This document shows positions 42,901 through 54,900 of a stretch of DNA of 64,000 nt, piece by piece. The notes below the pieces were generated by a model. The model saw nothing but the letters and a program-made list of their open reading frames with translations, did not search any database and was not told the DNA's origin. The stretch comes from Chiloscyllium plagiosum (lineage: Eukaryota), in contig NC_057719.1 of assembly GCF_004010195.1 (NCBI RefSeq), positions 57,637 through 121,636 on the forward strand, given 5' to 3'. How positions within the stretch are numbered: position 1 is the first letter of the stretch; each line of letters begins with the position of its first letter. Position numbers and translations under genes: made by a program.

Positions 42901-45900
42901 ATACTAAATTGCCCATAGTGTTAGGTAAGGGGTAAATGTAGGGGTATGGGTGGGTTTCGCTTCGGCGGGTCAGTGTGGACTTGTTGGGCCGAAGGGCCTG
43001 TTTCCACACTGTAATGTAATCTAATCTAAACTTGCTGGTGTTGAGGGGGTCTAGAGGACGTTTACAAGAATGATCCTGGGGATGAAGGGCTTGTTATATG
43101 AGGAGCAACTGAGGACTCTCGAGTTTAGAAGGATGAGGGGAGATCTCATTTAAATGTATAGAATATTGAGAGGCCTGGATAGAGTGGAAGTGGAGAAGAT
43201 GTTTCTACTCGCAGGAGATACTAGAACATGAGGGCAGAGCCTCAGAGTGAAGGGAAGACCCTTTAGAACTGAAATAAGGAGAAATTTCACCTGTGGAATG
43301 CATTGCCGCAGAGGGCTGTTGAGGACAAGTCATTGACTGTATACAAGACAGAATTAGATAGGTTCTTGATTGGTGAGGGAATTACATGTTACATGGAGAA
43401 GGCAGAAGAATAGATTTGAGAAACATATCAGCCATAATCGAATCGTGGAGTAGACTGGATGGGCCAAATGGCCTGATTATGCTCTGATATGTTATGGTCT
43501 TACGGTGTCCTGAGAAAATGGATTCTCACTGGGGAACAGGTCCCCCTCCTCTCTGAAGAACCCTTCCCTTTAATATCTTACATAACTGAACATATCCCCT
43601 TTAAAGCTAGATATAATTGCAATCTCACCTTTCTTTAAATTTACTGCAGATAGATGACATTTTTCAGACAAGTACAATGCAGCATCATCAATAATAATTC
43701 TGGAAAATGCAAGAGAGTTTATTACAAATAGATAATTTGCAGAAAGAGAAAGTGGTTATGTAATCTTGAAGGAGTCAGTCATTACCTGAGAGTGGAGCAA
43801 TACTTGTCCAGAACAATGTTACTGGATATTGTAAAGGTTTCAACAGTGACTAGTGCTCTAACTGGTAAATATTGTGGCCTGAAAAACAGACAGAAGCATA
43901 CACATTTTAGGTGTTAACAACATCAGCTACTCCAATTCATTCTTTCTCTGGTCTTCAAAACAGTGGAACGTATCAACCATTCATTCTCCTTTCATAACCT
44001 TCAAACTCCCGCATGACATCAACTACCTTATTTTCTTTCCTACCCTTTCAGCTTCAGCCGTGTCCATCGTTTGAAACTTCAGCTGATCAATTCCAAAAGA
44101 ACAACCACCTGAAATTCTGAGTACAAAAGTGATCCAGCTCCAGGCCTTACTCTTGGGACAGGGAACCTGATAAGCCTTTGCTGAGGCAGAGCTGAAAATG
44201 TGTTGCTGGAAAAGCGCAGCAGGTCAGGCAGCATCCAGGGAACAGGAGAATCGACGTTTCGGGCATAAGCCCTTCTTCAGGAAGGGCTTATTCAGGTTGC
44301 TGAGGCAGCCTCTTCAGAGGTATAACTGGCTAAAACTGACATCACTCTTTCTTACCAGATTTTCCTACTCAGTACAAATGGTTACCAGGATACACCCTCA
44401 AGTGCAATCAATGATGATGGAATTAATGGACATGCAGCAGTTTTACTGAGGATTGTGCAGCAACTTACAGGAACCCTAACCCTAATGACCTGCTGTGCTG
44501 TTCCAGCAATAAAGTTTCAACTTTGATCTCCTGCATCTGCAGACCTCACTTTCTCCTAACTAGTGTCACACATGTTTGCCAGTGCATTACAAAGAGAGCT
44601 TTATTCAGTATCTAATCCAATGTTGTACCTACCCAGAGAGTGTTTAATGGGGACAGTGTAAAGGGAGCTTTACTCTGTAGTCTAACCACGTGCTGTCCCT
44701 ATCTCTGTGAAGGGGTTGATGGAGGCAGTACAAAGTTTTATGCTGTATTACTTCAGCAAGGCATTTGATAAGGGTCCTCATGGTAGGCTCATTCATAAAG
44801 TCAGGAAGTATGGGATACAGGGAGATTTAGCTGTCTGGATTCAGAATTGGCTGGCTGACAGAAGGCAGAGAGCGGTTGTAGATGGAAAGTATACTGCCTG
44901 GAGGACAGTGTTGAGTGGGGTCCTTCAGATCTCTGTTCTTGGGCCTCTGCTCTTTGTAGTTTTTATAAATGACTTAAATGAGGAGGTTGAGGGGTGGGTT
45001 AGTAAATCTGCCGGTGACACAAAAGTTGGAGTTGATAGTATTGAGGGCTATTGCAGGCTGCAGCACGACATAGACAAGATGCAGAGCTAGGCTGAGAAAT
45101 GGCAGATGGAGTTCAACCTGGATAAATGTGAAGTGAAGTATTTTGGAAGGTTGAATCTGAATGCTGAATATAGGATTAAAGACAGGATTCTTGGCAGTGT
45201 GGAGGAACAGAGGGATCTTGGTGTTCAAGTGCATAGATCCCTCAAAGTTGCCACCCAAGTGGATAGGGTTGTTAAGAAAGCACATGGTGTTTTGGTTTTC
45301 ATTAACAGGGGGATTGAGTTTAAGAGCCGCAAGGTTTTGCTGCAGCTCTACAAGACCCTGGTGAGACCACACATGGAATATTGTATCCACTTCTGGTCAC
45401 TACGTAATAGGAAAGATACAGATGCTTTGGAGAGGGTGCAAAGAAGGTTTACCAGGATGTTGCCTGGAGTGGAGGGCTTGCCTTACGAAGTGAGGTTGAC
45501 TAAAGCTCAGAATTTTCTCTCTGGAGAGAAGAAGGAGGAAGACAGGTGACCTGATCGAGGTACACAAGGTAATGAGAGGCATGGATAGAGTCAATAGCCA
45601 GAGACTTTTCCCCAGGACAGGATTGACTGGCACATGGGGTCACAGTTTTAAGATATTAGGAGGAAGGTATAGAGGAGACGTCACGGGTAGGTTCTTTACG
45701 CAGAGAGTTGTGAATGCATGGAATGAGTTACCAGCAGTGGTGGTGAAAGAGAGTCATTCGGGACATTTAAGCGACTGCTGGACATGCACATGGAAAGCAG
45801 TGAATTGAGGGGTGCATAGGTTAGGTTATTTTATTTTAGATTAGTAATAATCCTTGGCATAACATTGTGGGCAGAATAAATGATATTGTATCCATTGCTC

Positions 45901-48900
45901 CTGATGCGGTCTCCTCTACATTGGGGAGACTGGACGCCTCCTAGCAGAGCGCTTTAGGGGACATCTCCGGGACACCGGCACCAATCAACCACACCGCCCT
46001 CTGGCCCAACATTTCAACTCCCCCTCCCACTCTGCCGAGGACATGGAGGTCCTGGGCCTCCTTCACCACCGCTCCCTCACCACCAGACGCCTGGAGGAAG
46101 AACGCCTCATCTTCCTCCTCGGAACACTTCAACTCCTTCATCCCCTCCCCCACTCACCTATTGTACTCTATGCTACTTTCTCCCCACCCCCACCCTCTTC
46201 TCACTTATCTCTCCACCCTTCAGGCTCTCTGCCTTTATTCCTGATGAAGGGCTTTTGCCCGAAACGTCGATTTTTTTGCTCCTCGGATGCTGCCTGAACT
46301 GTTGTGCTCTTCCAGCACCACTATTCCAGAATCTGGTTTCCAGCATCTGCAGTCATTGTTTTTACCTGTAATTTTCTATGTTCTATTTAACCCCACGCTG
46401 TGTCTTATCCTGGAGTGTTTGATGTAATAATGTGAAGGCTTTATTCTGCATTAAATCTTGTTGTATATCCCCTAATTGATGTATTCAACAGAATAAATGG
46501 TGAGAAACCTTGTCCTTAGAAGTTGTTTACCTGTAGTCCAGGGCACAACTCCAGAGATGCAGGTGAAAGGTAGTTTCATTTGCTGGATGAGCATAACCCA
46601 AAACTGGTTCATCAGCAATATTCAGAAAATCCACAAACTGTAGGGAGGGAGGAAGACAGCAATGAATCCAACAACATTAACAGGTTCTGAAGCCAATATA
46701 AATCTAGCATGGTCACAAGGTTAAATTAACAACACAATGTCAAGTTTACATGCAGCTCCTTCTCAAATACAACTGAACGATTTAATCAGATCAGAACTAG
46801 CTGGGTTCATGAACCAAAGGAACATCCTCATTGTAAAGTGTTGACAAATACAGCATCAGTACGAGGTTATTTTCTTTCTGGTATTCTGAGTTCCTGTTGC
46901 TGATGCTTCCTTCTGGCCAAGTGCTGAGTAAAAGCCAGCTGCAAGTTGGCAGACGCTAATTCTATACTTGCTTAGAGTGTCAGAGTAGCACTGGCAGAAA
47001 CAGGATACTTGCACTTCCTTCTGTGTTTTGACAAATCTGGGAAATACTGGGACATCAATACTCTTCCAAAATAAGAGGTCCTAGCGAGAGATTTTTTACA
47101 ACATGTGAAGCTAGTGAAATAGATAGCAGAAATACATTCAAATTTGCCCTACAGAGCTATCATGTAATATTTGAAAACTCTAAGGGACAGGAGGATAGTG
47201 TGGGAAAAAGGCGTCAAGGCAAAGATCAGCCATGATCCACCCGAATGACAAAGGAGGAATATAGAGTATAAGAACAAGGAGGTGATGTTGAACTCGTGTA
47301 AGACAATTGTTAGACCTCAGCTGGAGTACTGTGTACAGTGGGCACCATTATTGGAAGGATTTCAATGAATCGCAGAGGGTGCAGAGTGATTTACAAGAAT
47401 GGTTTCAGAAATGAGAAATCTTAGTGCTGAAGAATGCGGGACTGTTCTCCTGGGAAAGGAGGAGATTTGATTAAGTTTTCAAAATCATGAAAGNNNNNNN
47501 NNNNNNNNNNNNNNNNNNNNNNNNNNNNNNNNNNNNNNNNNNNNNNNNNNNNNNNNNNNNNNNNNNNNNNNNNNNNNNNNNNNNNNNNNNNNNNNNNNNN
47601 NNNNNNNNNNNNNNNNNNNNNNNNNNNNNNNNNNNNNNNNNNNNNNNNNNNNNNNNNNNNNNNNNNNNNNNNNNNNNNNNNNNNNNNNNNNNNNNNNNNN
47701 NNNNNNNNNNNNNNNNNNNNNNNNNNNNNNNNNNNNNNNNNNNNNNNNNNNNNNNNNNNNNNNNNNNNNNNNNNNNNNNNNNNNNNNNNNNNNNNNNNNN
47801 NNNNNNNNNNNNNNNNNNNNNNNNNNNNNNNNNNNNNNNNNNNNNNNNNNNNNNNNNNNNNNNNNNNNNNNNNNNNNNNNNNNNNNNNNNNNNNNNNNNN
47901 NNNNNNNNNNNNNNNNNNNNNNNNNNNNNNNNNNNNNNNNNNNNNNNNNNNNNNNNNNNNNNNNNNNNNNNNNNNNNNNNNNNNNNNNNNNNNATCTGTG
48001 TGTTACCAGGCAGCCTTCAGCCCTCCCAGAGATGACTGATGTGAAGCTAACCTGCTCATACCAACTCTGCCCTGGAGGCACATTGCGATGCTGGAGGGTG
48101 GCCCCACGCAACCCGACAGCCACCAGGATCTCCTGAAACAAGAGGGAGAGGAAAATACATCAATGTCAACTGAAAACTGCCCACTTTGATGTTTACCCTC
48201 TTCTCCTTGAACAGTCTGCATTAATATGGTTTTTTTAATGCCGTGAAATATCGCAAGACACTACACAGTAGCGCCAACAAACAAAAATTACCATAAAAGT
48301 TACCTTCATGTTGCTCTCATTTCTGTTGTGATGTACTTTCACTGCGATGGAGAGCATGTTTGGACTTTCTACACCAACTCCCACTGGTGCAGCAGCCTGC
48401 TTGGTCAGAGCACCCTCCTCAGACTTGTAGATGGTAGGTTCAACCCAAGGAGGCAGAGACTTGCTGGGGAGCTTTATATCACCAGGGGCACATACATCCT
48501 CAACTACTCCTGCAATGGACCAGAGGATAGGATGGGAAAAAAAACAGAACTAGACTGTCAGAGTCATACACACCCTTCGGTCCAACTCATCTTTGCAGAT
48601 CAGAACCCCAATCTGACCTACTCCCATTTGCCAGCACTTGGCCCATATCTCTCTAAACAATTCGTATTCATATCCCCATCTAGGTGCCTTTTAAATATTG
48701 TAATTGGACCTGCCCCCACCCCTTCCTCAGAGACAAAAACAACCCTGCAAATGTTAGAATCCAAAGTAGACAAGCAGGAGGCTGGAAGAACATAGCAAGG
48801 CAAGCAGCATCAGGAGGTGGAGAAAGCAACACCTTGTGCTGCCTGGCTTGTCCACTCCATCCATTCCTCTGGTAGCTCACTCGTTACACCCATCACCCTC

Positions 48901-51900
48901 TGCATGGAAAAAGATACCCATCAGGTCATTTTTAAATCTTTCCCCCTTCACCTTAAACTTATGCCCTCTCGTTTCAGACTTCCCCACCAGGGGAAACAGA
49001 CCTTGGCTATTCACCCGATCAAAGCCCCTCATGAGTTTATTAATCTCTAACAAAAGGGTGACCAGAACTGTACATAGTATTGTAAAGGTGGCCTTGCCGA
49101 TAGAACATAGAATATAGGACAATACAGCGCTGAACAGGTCCTTTGGCCCCCGATGTTGCGCCAACCTGTGAACTAATCTAAGCCCATCACCCTGCACTAT
49201 CCCATTATCATCATCCATGTGCTTATCTAAGGACTGTTTAAATGCCCCTAATATGGCTGAGTTAACTATATTGGCAGGCATGGCATTCCACGCCCTTACC
49301 ACTCTCTGAATGAAGAACCTGCCTCTGACATCTGTCTTAAATCTATCACCCCTCAATTTGCCCCCTTGTACAAGCTGACATCATCATCCTAGGAAAAAGA
49401 CTTTCACTGTCCACCCTACCTAATCCGCTGATCATCTTATATGTCTCTATTAGATCCTCTCTTAGCCTTCTTCTGTCCAATGAGAACAGACACAAGTCTC
49501 TCAGCCTTTCCTCATAAGACCTTCGCTTCAGACCAGGTAACATCCTGGTAAATCTCCTCTGCCCCTTTTCCAATTTTCCACATCCTTCCTATAATGGGGC
49601 GACCAGAACTGCACACAATATTCCAAGTGCAGCCACACTCGTGTTTTGTACAGTTTCAGCATGACATCACGGCTCCAGAACTCAATCCCTCTACCAATAA
49701 AACCAAGATCCTTCTGCACATCCACACTACCAAGAGTCTTTCCACTGACCCAGTATTCTGCCTTCCTGTTATTCTTCCCAAAGTGAATCACCTCACATTT
49801 ATCTGCAATGAACTCCATTAGCCACCTTTCGGCCCAGTTCTGCAGTTATCCAAGTCTCCCTGCAACCGGCAACATTCTTCCACACTGTCCACCACTCCAC
49901 CGACTTTAGTCTTTTACTAACCCATCCACTTATGCCTGCGTCCAAGTAGTTTATAAAAACGACAAACAGCAATGGTGCAAAACAGATCCTTGGGGCACAC
50001 CACAAGTAACCGGACTCTAGGCTGAATATTTTCCATCAACTACCATTCGTTGCCTTCTTACAGAAAGCCAGTTTCTAATCCAAACTGCTAAATCACCTTC
50101 AATCCCATGTCTCTGTATTTTCTCCTGTAGCCTACCATGTGGAATCTTATCAAAGGCTTTACTGAAGTCCATGTACACTACATCAACTGCCCTACCCTCA
50201 TGGTCACCTCCTCAAAAAACTCAATGAGGTTTGCGAAACACGACCTGCCCTTGAAGAATCAAATCGTTGCTTGCTAGATGATTATAAATCCTATTTCTTA
50301 TAATCCTTTCCAAACCTTTTCCTACAAGAGACGTAAGGCTCACTGGTCTATAATTACCTTGGTCATCTCTACTGCCCTTCTTGAACAAGAGCACAGCATT
50401 TGCAATCATCTAGTCCTCTGTATTAAACCTGTAGACAATGACGACTCAACGATCAAGGCTAAAGCCTCTGCAATCTCCTTCCTAGCTTCCCAGAGAATTC
50501 TCGGAAAAATCTCATCCAGCCCAGGGGACTTATCTATTTTCACACCTTCTCGAATTGATAACACCTCCTCCTTACTAGCTTCAATCCTTTCAAGTCTAAT
50601 AGCCCGTATCTCAGTTTTCTCCTTTACAATATTCTCCTTTTCCTGACTGCAAACTGATTGAGAAATGGTCGTTTTGCATCTCTCCGATCTCCACAGAGTC
50701 CACACACAACTGGCCACTTCTGTCTTTGATAGGCCCTATTCCAACTTTAGTCATTCTTTTATTCCTCACATACCTACACAAAGCTTTAGGGTTCTCCTTT
50801 ATTCTACCTGCGAAAGACTGCTCATGTCCCCTCCTTGCTCTTCTTAACTCTGTCTTAAATCCTTCCTAGCTACTCTGTAGCTTTCCTCGCTTCATCTGAA
50901 CCATCTCGCCTCAATGTCACATAAGTCTCCCTCTTCCGCCTAACAAGATTTACAATTTCTTTCGTAAACCATGGTTCCCTTACATTATCATTTCCTCCTT
51001 GCCTGACAGGGACATACCTACCAATGACACGCAATAGCTGTTCCTTAAACCAGCTCCACATTTCGATTGTCCCCATCCCCTCCATTTTGCTGCCCCATTC
51101 TATGCCTCCTAAGTCTTGCTTAATCGCATTATAATTGCCCTTCCCCCATCTATAACTCCTGTGGCATTTACCTATCCCTTTCTATCGCTAAACTAAACAT
51201 AACTGAACTATGGTCACTCTCTCCAAAGTGTTCACCTACCACTAAATCAAACACCTGGCCTGGTTCATTACCGAGTACCAGATCCAGTGTGGGCTCCCCC
51301 TTGTCGGTCCTTTGACATACTGTGTCAGGAAACCCTCCTGCACACATTGGACAAAACGGATCCATCCGTGTACTAGAGTTATAGCATTTCTAGTCAATGT
51401 TGGGGAAGTTAAAATCCCTCATAATGACCACCATGTTCCTTTCACTCCTACCCAGTATCGTTTTGCCAATCCTCTCCTCCACATCCCTGGAACTCTGCAG
51501 AGGCCTATAAAAAATTCACAGCAGTGTGACCTCTCTTTTCCTGTTTCTAACCTCAGCCCATACCACCTCACTAGACAAGTCCTTGTCAAATGTTCTATCA
51601 GCCACTGTTATACCGTCCTAGACGATAAAAGTTACACCTCCCCCTCTTTTACCACCTTCCCCGATCTTAATGAAAGATCTAAACCCTGGAACCTGCAACA
51701 TCCATTGCTGACTTTGCTCTACCCATGTCTCTGAAATGGCCACAACATCGATGTCCCAGGTACCTATCCATGCTGCAAGCTCACCTACCTTATTCCAAAT
51801 ACTCCTGGCATTGAAGTAGACACACTTCAAACCAGCTTGCTGTCTGCCAACACATTCCTGTGACCATGAAATCCTGTCCATTCCCTCCCTACTCTCATCC

Positions 51901-54900
51901 TGCTCTGAACTGGAACTACACCTCAGGTTCCCATCCCCCTGCTGAGCTAGTTTAAACCCACCCGAATAGCATCAGCAAATTTCCCACCCAGGATATTAGT
52001 ATCCCTCTGGTTCAAGTGAAGACCGTATTGTTAGTAGGGGTCCAACATTCTCCAGAATTAAGCCCAATTATCCATATATCTGAAACCTTCCCTCCTGCAC
52101 CATTCCTGCAGCCACGTGTTCAGCTGATATCTCTCCCTGTTCTTCGCCTCACTTTACGTGGCACGAGTAACAATCCAGAGATAACAACTCTGTTTGTTCT
52201 TGGTCTCAGCTTCCATCCTAGCTCCCTGAAATCCTGACTTACATCCCTGCCCCTCTTTCTACCTATGTCGTTGGTCACTATGTCCTGTACAGCCGCAGCA
52301 TGACAATCCAAACTGGGAGAAAGTGAGGACTGCAGATGCTGGAGATTAGAGGCGAGAGTTTTCCAGCACCGCACTCTTAACTATGACATCCCAACTCCTG
52401 TGCACAATGTTCTGAACAATGAAGACAAGCGTGCCAAACGTCTTCTTCACTACCCTGTCTACCTGTGCCTCCATTTTCACAGAACTGTGAACCTGTAACC
52501 ACTAGGTCTGTTTGTTCGGCAACACTCTCGAGGGCCCTCCCATTAATTCCTGCCCTGGTGTGCCTTACCAAAATGCAATATCTCACATTTATCTAAATTA
52601 AACTCCACCTGCCACTCCTCAGCCCAATGGCCCCTCTGATCATTGTACTCCGAGATAACCTTCTTCACTGTCGACTACACCACTAATTTTGAAGTCATCT
52701 GCAAACTTACTAACTAAACCTCCTATGTTTACATCTGAACACCACAACAAACAGCATGCACAGGTAACTTTTCCAGGTCCCTTCATTTTCACACAACTTT
52801 ATGTTGGAATGTCACAAATCAATTCCATAATCAACATTTTCTTACATTGAAATGAGCAGTCATTCCTTTTTAGAAATGGCACCAAGGTAAGCAGTTGAAG
52901 TTGTTAAGATGAGTTCATTGGGGAAGAATACCCCATAGGAGAAAATGAGGACTGCAGATGCTGGAGATCAGAGCTTAAAAATGTGTTGCTGGAAAAGTGC
53001 AGCAGGTCAGGCAGCATCAAAGGAACAGGAGAATCGACGTTTCGGGCATAAGCCCTTCTTCAGGAATGAGGAGGGTGTGCCAAGCAGGCTAAGATAAAAG
53101 GTAGGAAGGAGGGACTTGGGGGAGGGGCGTTGGGAATNNNNNNNNNNNNNNNNNNNNNNNNNNNNNNNNNGGGTGGTAGGGGGGGCGGAGAGGTCGGGAA
53201 GAAGATTGCAGGACAAGAAGGTGGTGCTGAGTCTGAGGGTTGGGACTGAGAAAAGGTCGGGGGAGGGGAAATGAGAAAGCTGGAGAAATCTGCATTCATC
53301 CCTTGTGGTTGGAGGGTTCCTAGGCAGAAGATGAGGCGCTCTTCCTCCAGGCGCGTGTTGCCATGGTCTGGCGATGGAGGAGTCCAAGGACCTGCATGTC
53401 CTTGGTGGGGTGGGAGGAGGAGTTTAAAGTGTTGAGCCACAGGGCGGTTGGGTTGGTTGGTCTGGGTGTCCCAGAGGTGTTCTCTGGAACGTTCCGCAAG
53501 TAGGCGGCCTGTCTCCCCAATGTATAGGGGGCCACATCGGTGCAGCGGATGCAGTAAGTGATGTGTGTGGAGGTGCAATGAATTTCTGACAGATATGGAA
53601 GGATCCCTTGGAGCCTTGGATGGAAGTTAGGGGGGAGGTGTGGGCGCAAGTTTTGCATTTCATGCGGTTGCAGGGGAAGGTGCCGGGAGTGGAGGTTGGG
53701 TTGGTGGGGGGTGTGGACGTGACGAGGGAGTCGCGGAGGGAGTGGTCTTTCTGGAACACTGATAGGGGTGGGGAGGGAAATGTATCCTTGGTGGTGGGGT
53801 CTGTTTGGAGGTGGCGGAAATGACGAAGGCCCCAAGGGATCCTTCCATATCCGTCAGAAATTCACCTGCACCTCCACACACATCATTTACTGCATCCGCG
53901 GCACCCGATGTGGCCTCCTATACATTGCGGAGACAGGCCGCCTACTTGTGGAATGTTTCAGAGAACACCTCTGGGACACCCGCACCAACCAACCCAACTG
54001 CCCCTTGGCAGAACACTTTAACTCCCCCTCCCACTCCGCCAAGGACAACACGACATCTCATCTTCCGCCTAGGAACCCTCCAGCCACAGGGGATGAATGC
54101 GGATTTCTCCAGCTTCCTCATTTCCCCTCCCCCCACCTTTTCTCAGTCCCAGCCCTCAGACTCAGCACCGCCTTCTTGACCTGCAATCTTCTTCCCAACC
54201 TCTCTGCCCCCACCCCCTCTCCGGCCTATCACCTCACCTTAATCTCCTTCCATCTATCGTATTCCCAACGCTCCTCCCCCAAGTCCCTCCTCCATACCTT
54301 TTATCTTAGCCTGCTTGGCACACCCTCCTCATTCCTGAAGAAGGGCTTTTGCCCGAAACGTCGATTCTCCTGAAGAATACCCCATGTCAAGGAGTTCTGG
54401 ATAGATGAACAAGGAGTTGACATCGACTGAGCGTTGCAGATTAGCACATTCTATGGTCCAGGACTATATGCTGAGGGATGCACTAAAGCTTGGGCAGCTG
54501 CTGCCAAGTTGCAGTGGGGAAAGACCAGTGTCTGAGGTTTGTCTGCTGAGGTTAAAAGGGGTTTGTTCAGTCATCAGACACTCCTAGTGGCTGAAATGCA
54601 TGTAAATATTGTTTTGTATGTGTAAGAGATGTCTTTAGTTTCTTTGAATAGAGTCAAACTCCAATGTTTGTTTGCTTCCTTGATATATATTGTACAGAAC
54701 TGAACTACATTTGTGATTATATATAATAAAGATATCTTTTATGAATAAAGTATATTTTTGAAACCTGGTCAGTGCTACATTAGCTAGGATTCTAGATGGA
54801 GACTGTCTAAGCTCACCTATTGTGAAAGGAGAAAAGGAGAAATGTGCTTACTAGGATGAAGATTTATGATATATTGTTATAATTTCGAAACTTTGGTTCT

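Noticed and set aside
47485..48141. Long ORFs spanning N-runs (also 1471-2122)
   Set aside because: Artefacts of assembly gaps; only the 48052-48132 exon and the PLE RT piece are real.
48328..48795. Plus-strand 155-aa ORF as an antisense gene
   Set aside because: Antisense shadow of an ATG2B exon running into CR1/PLE fragments; no recognisable domain.
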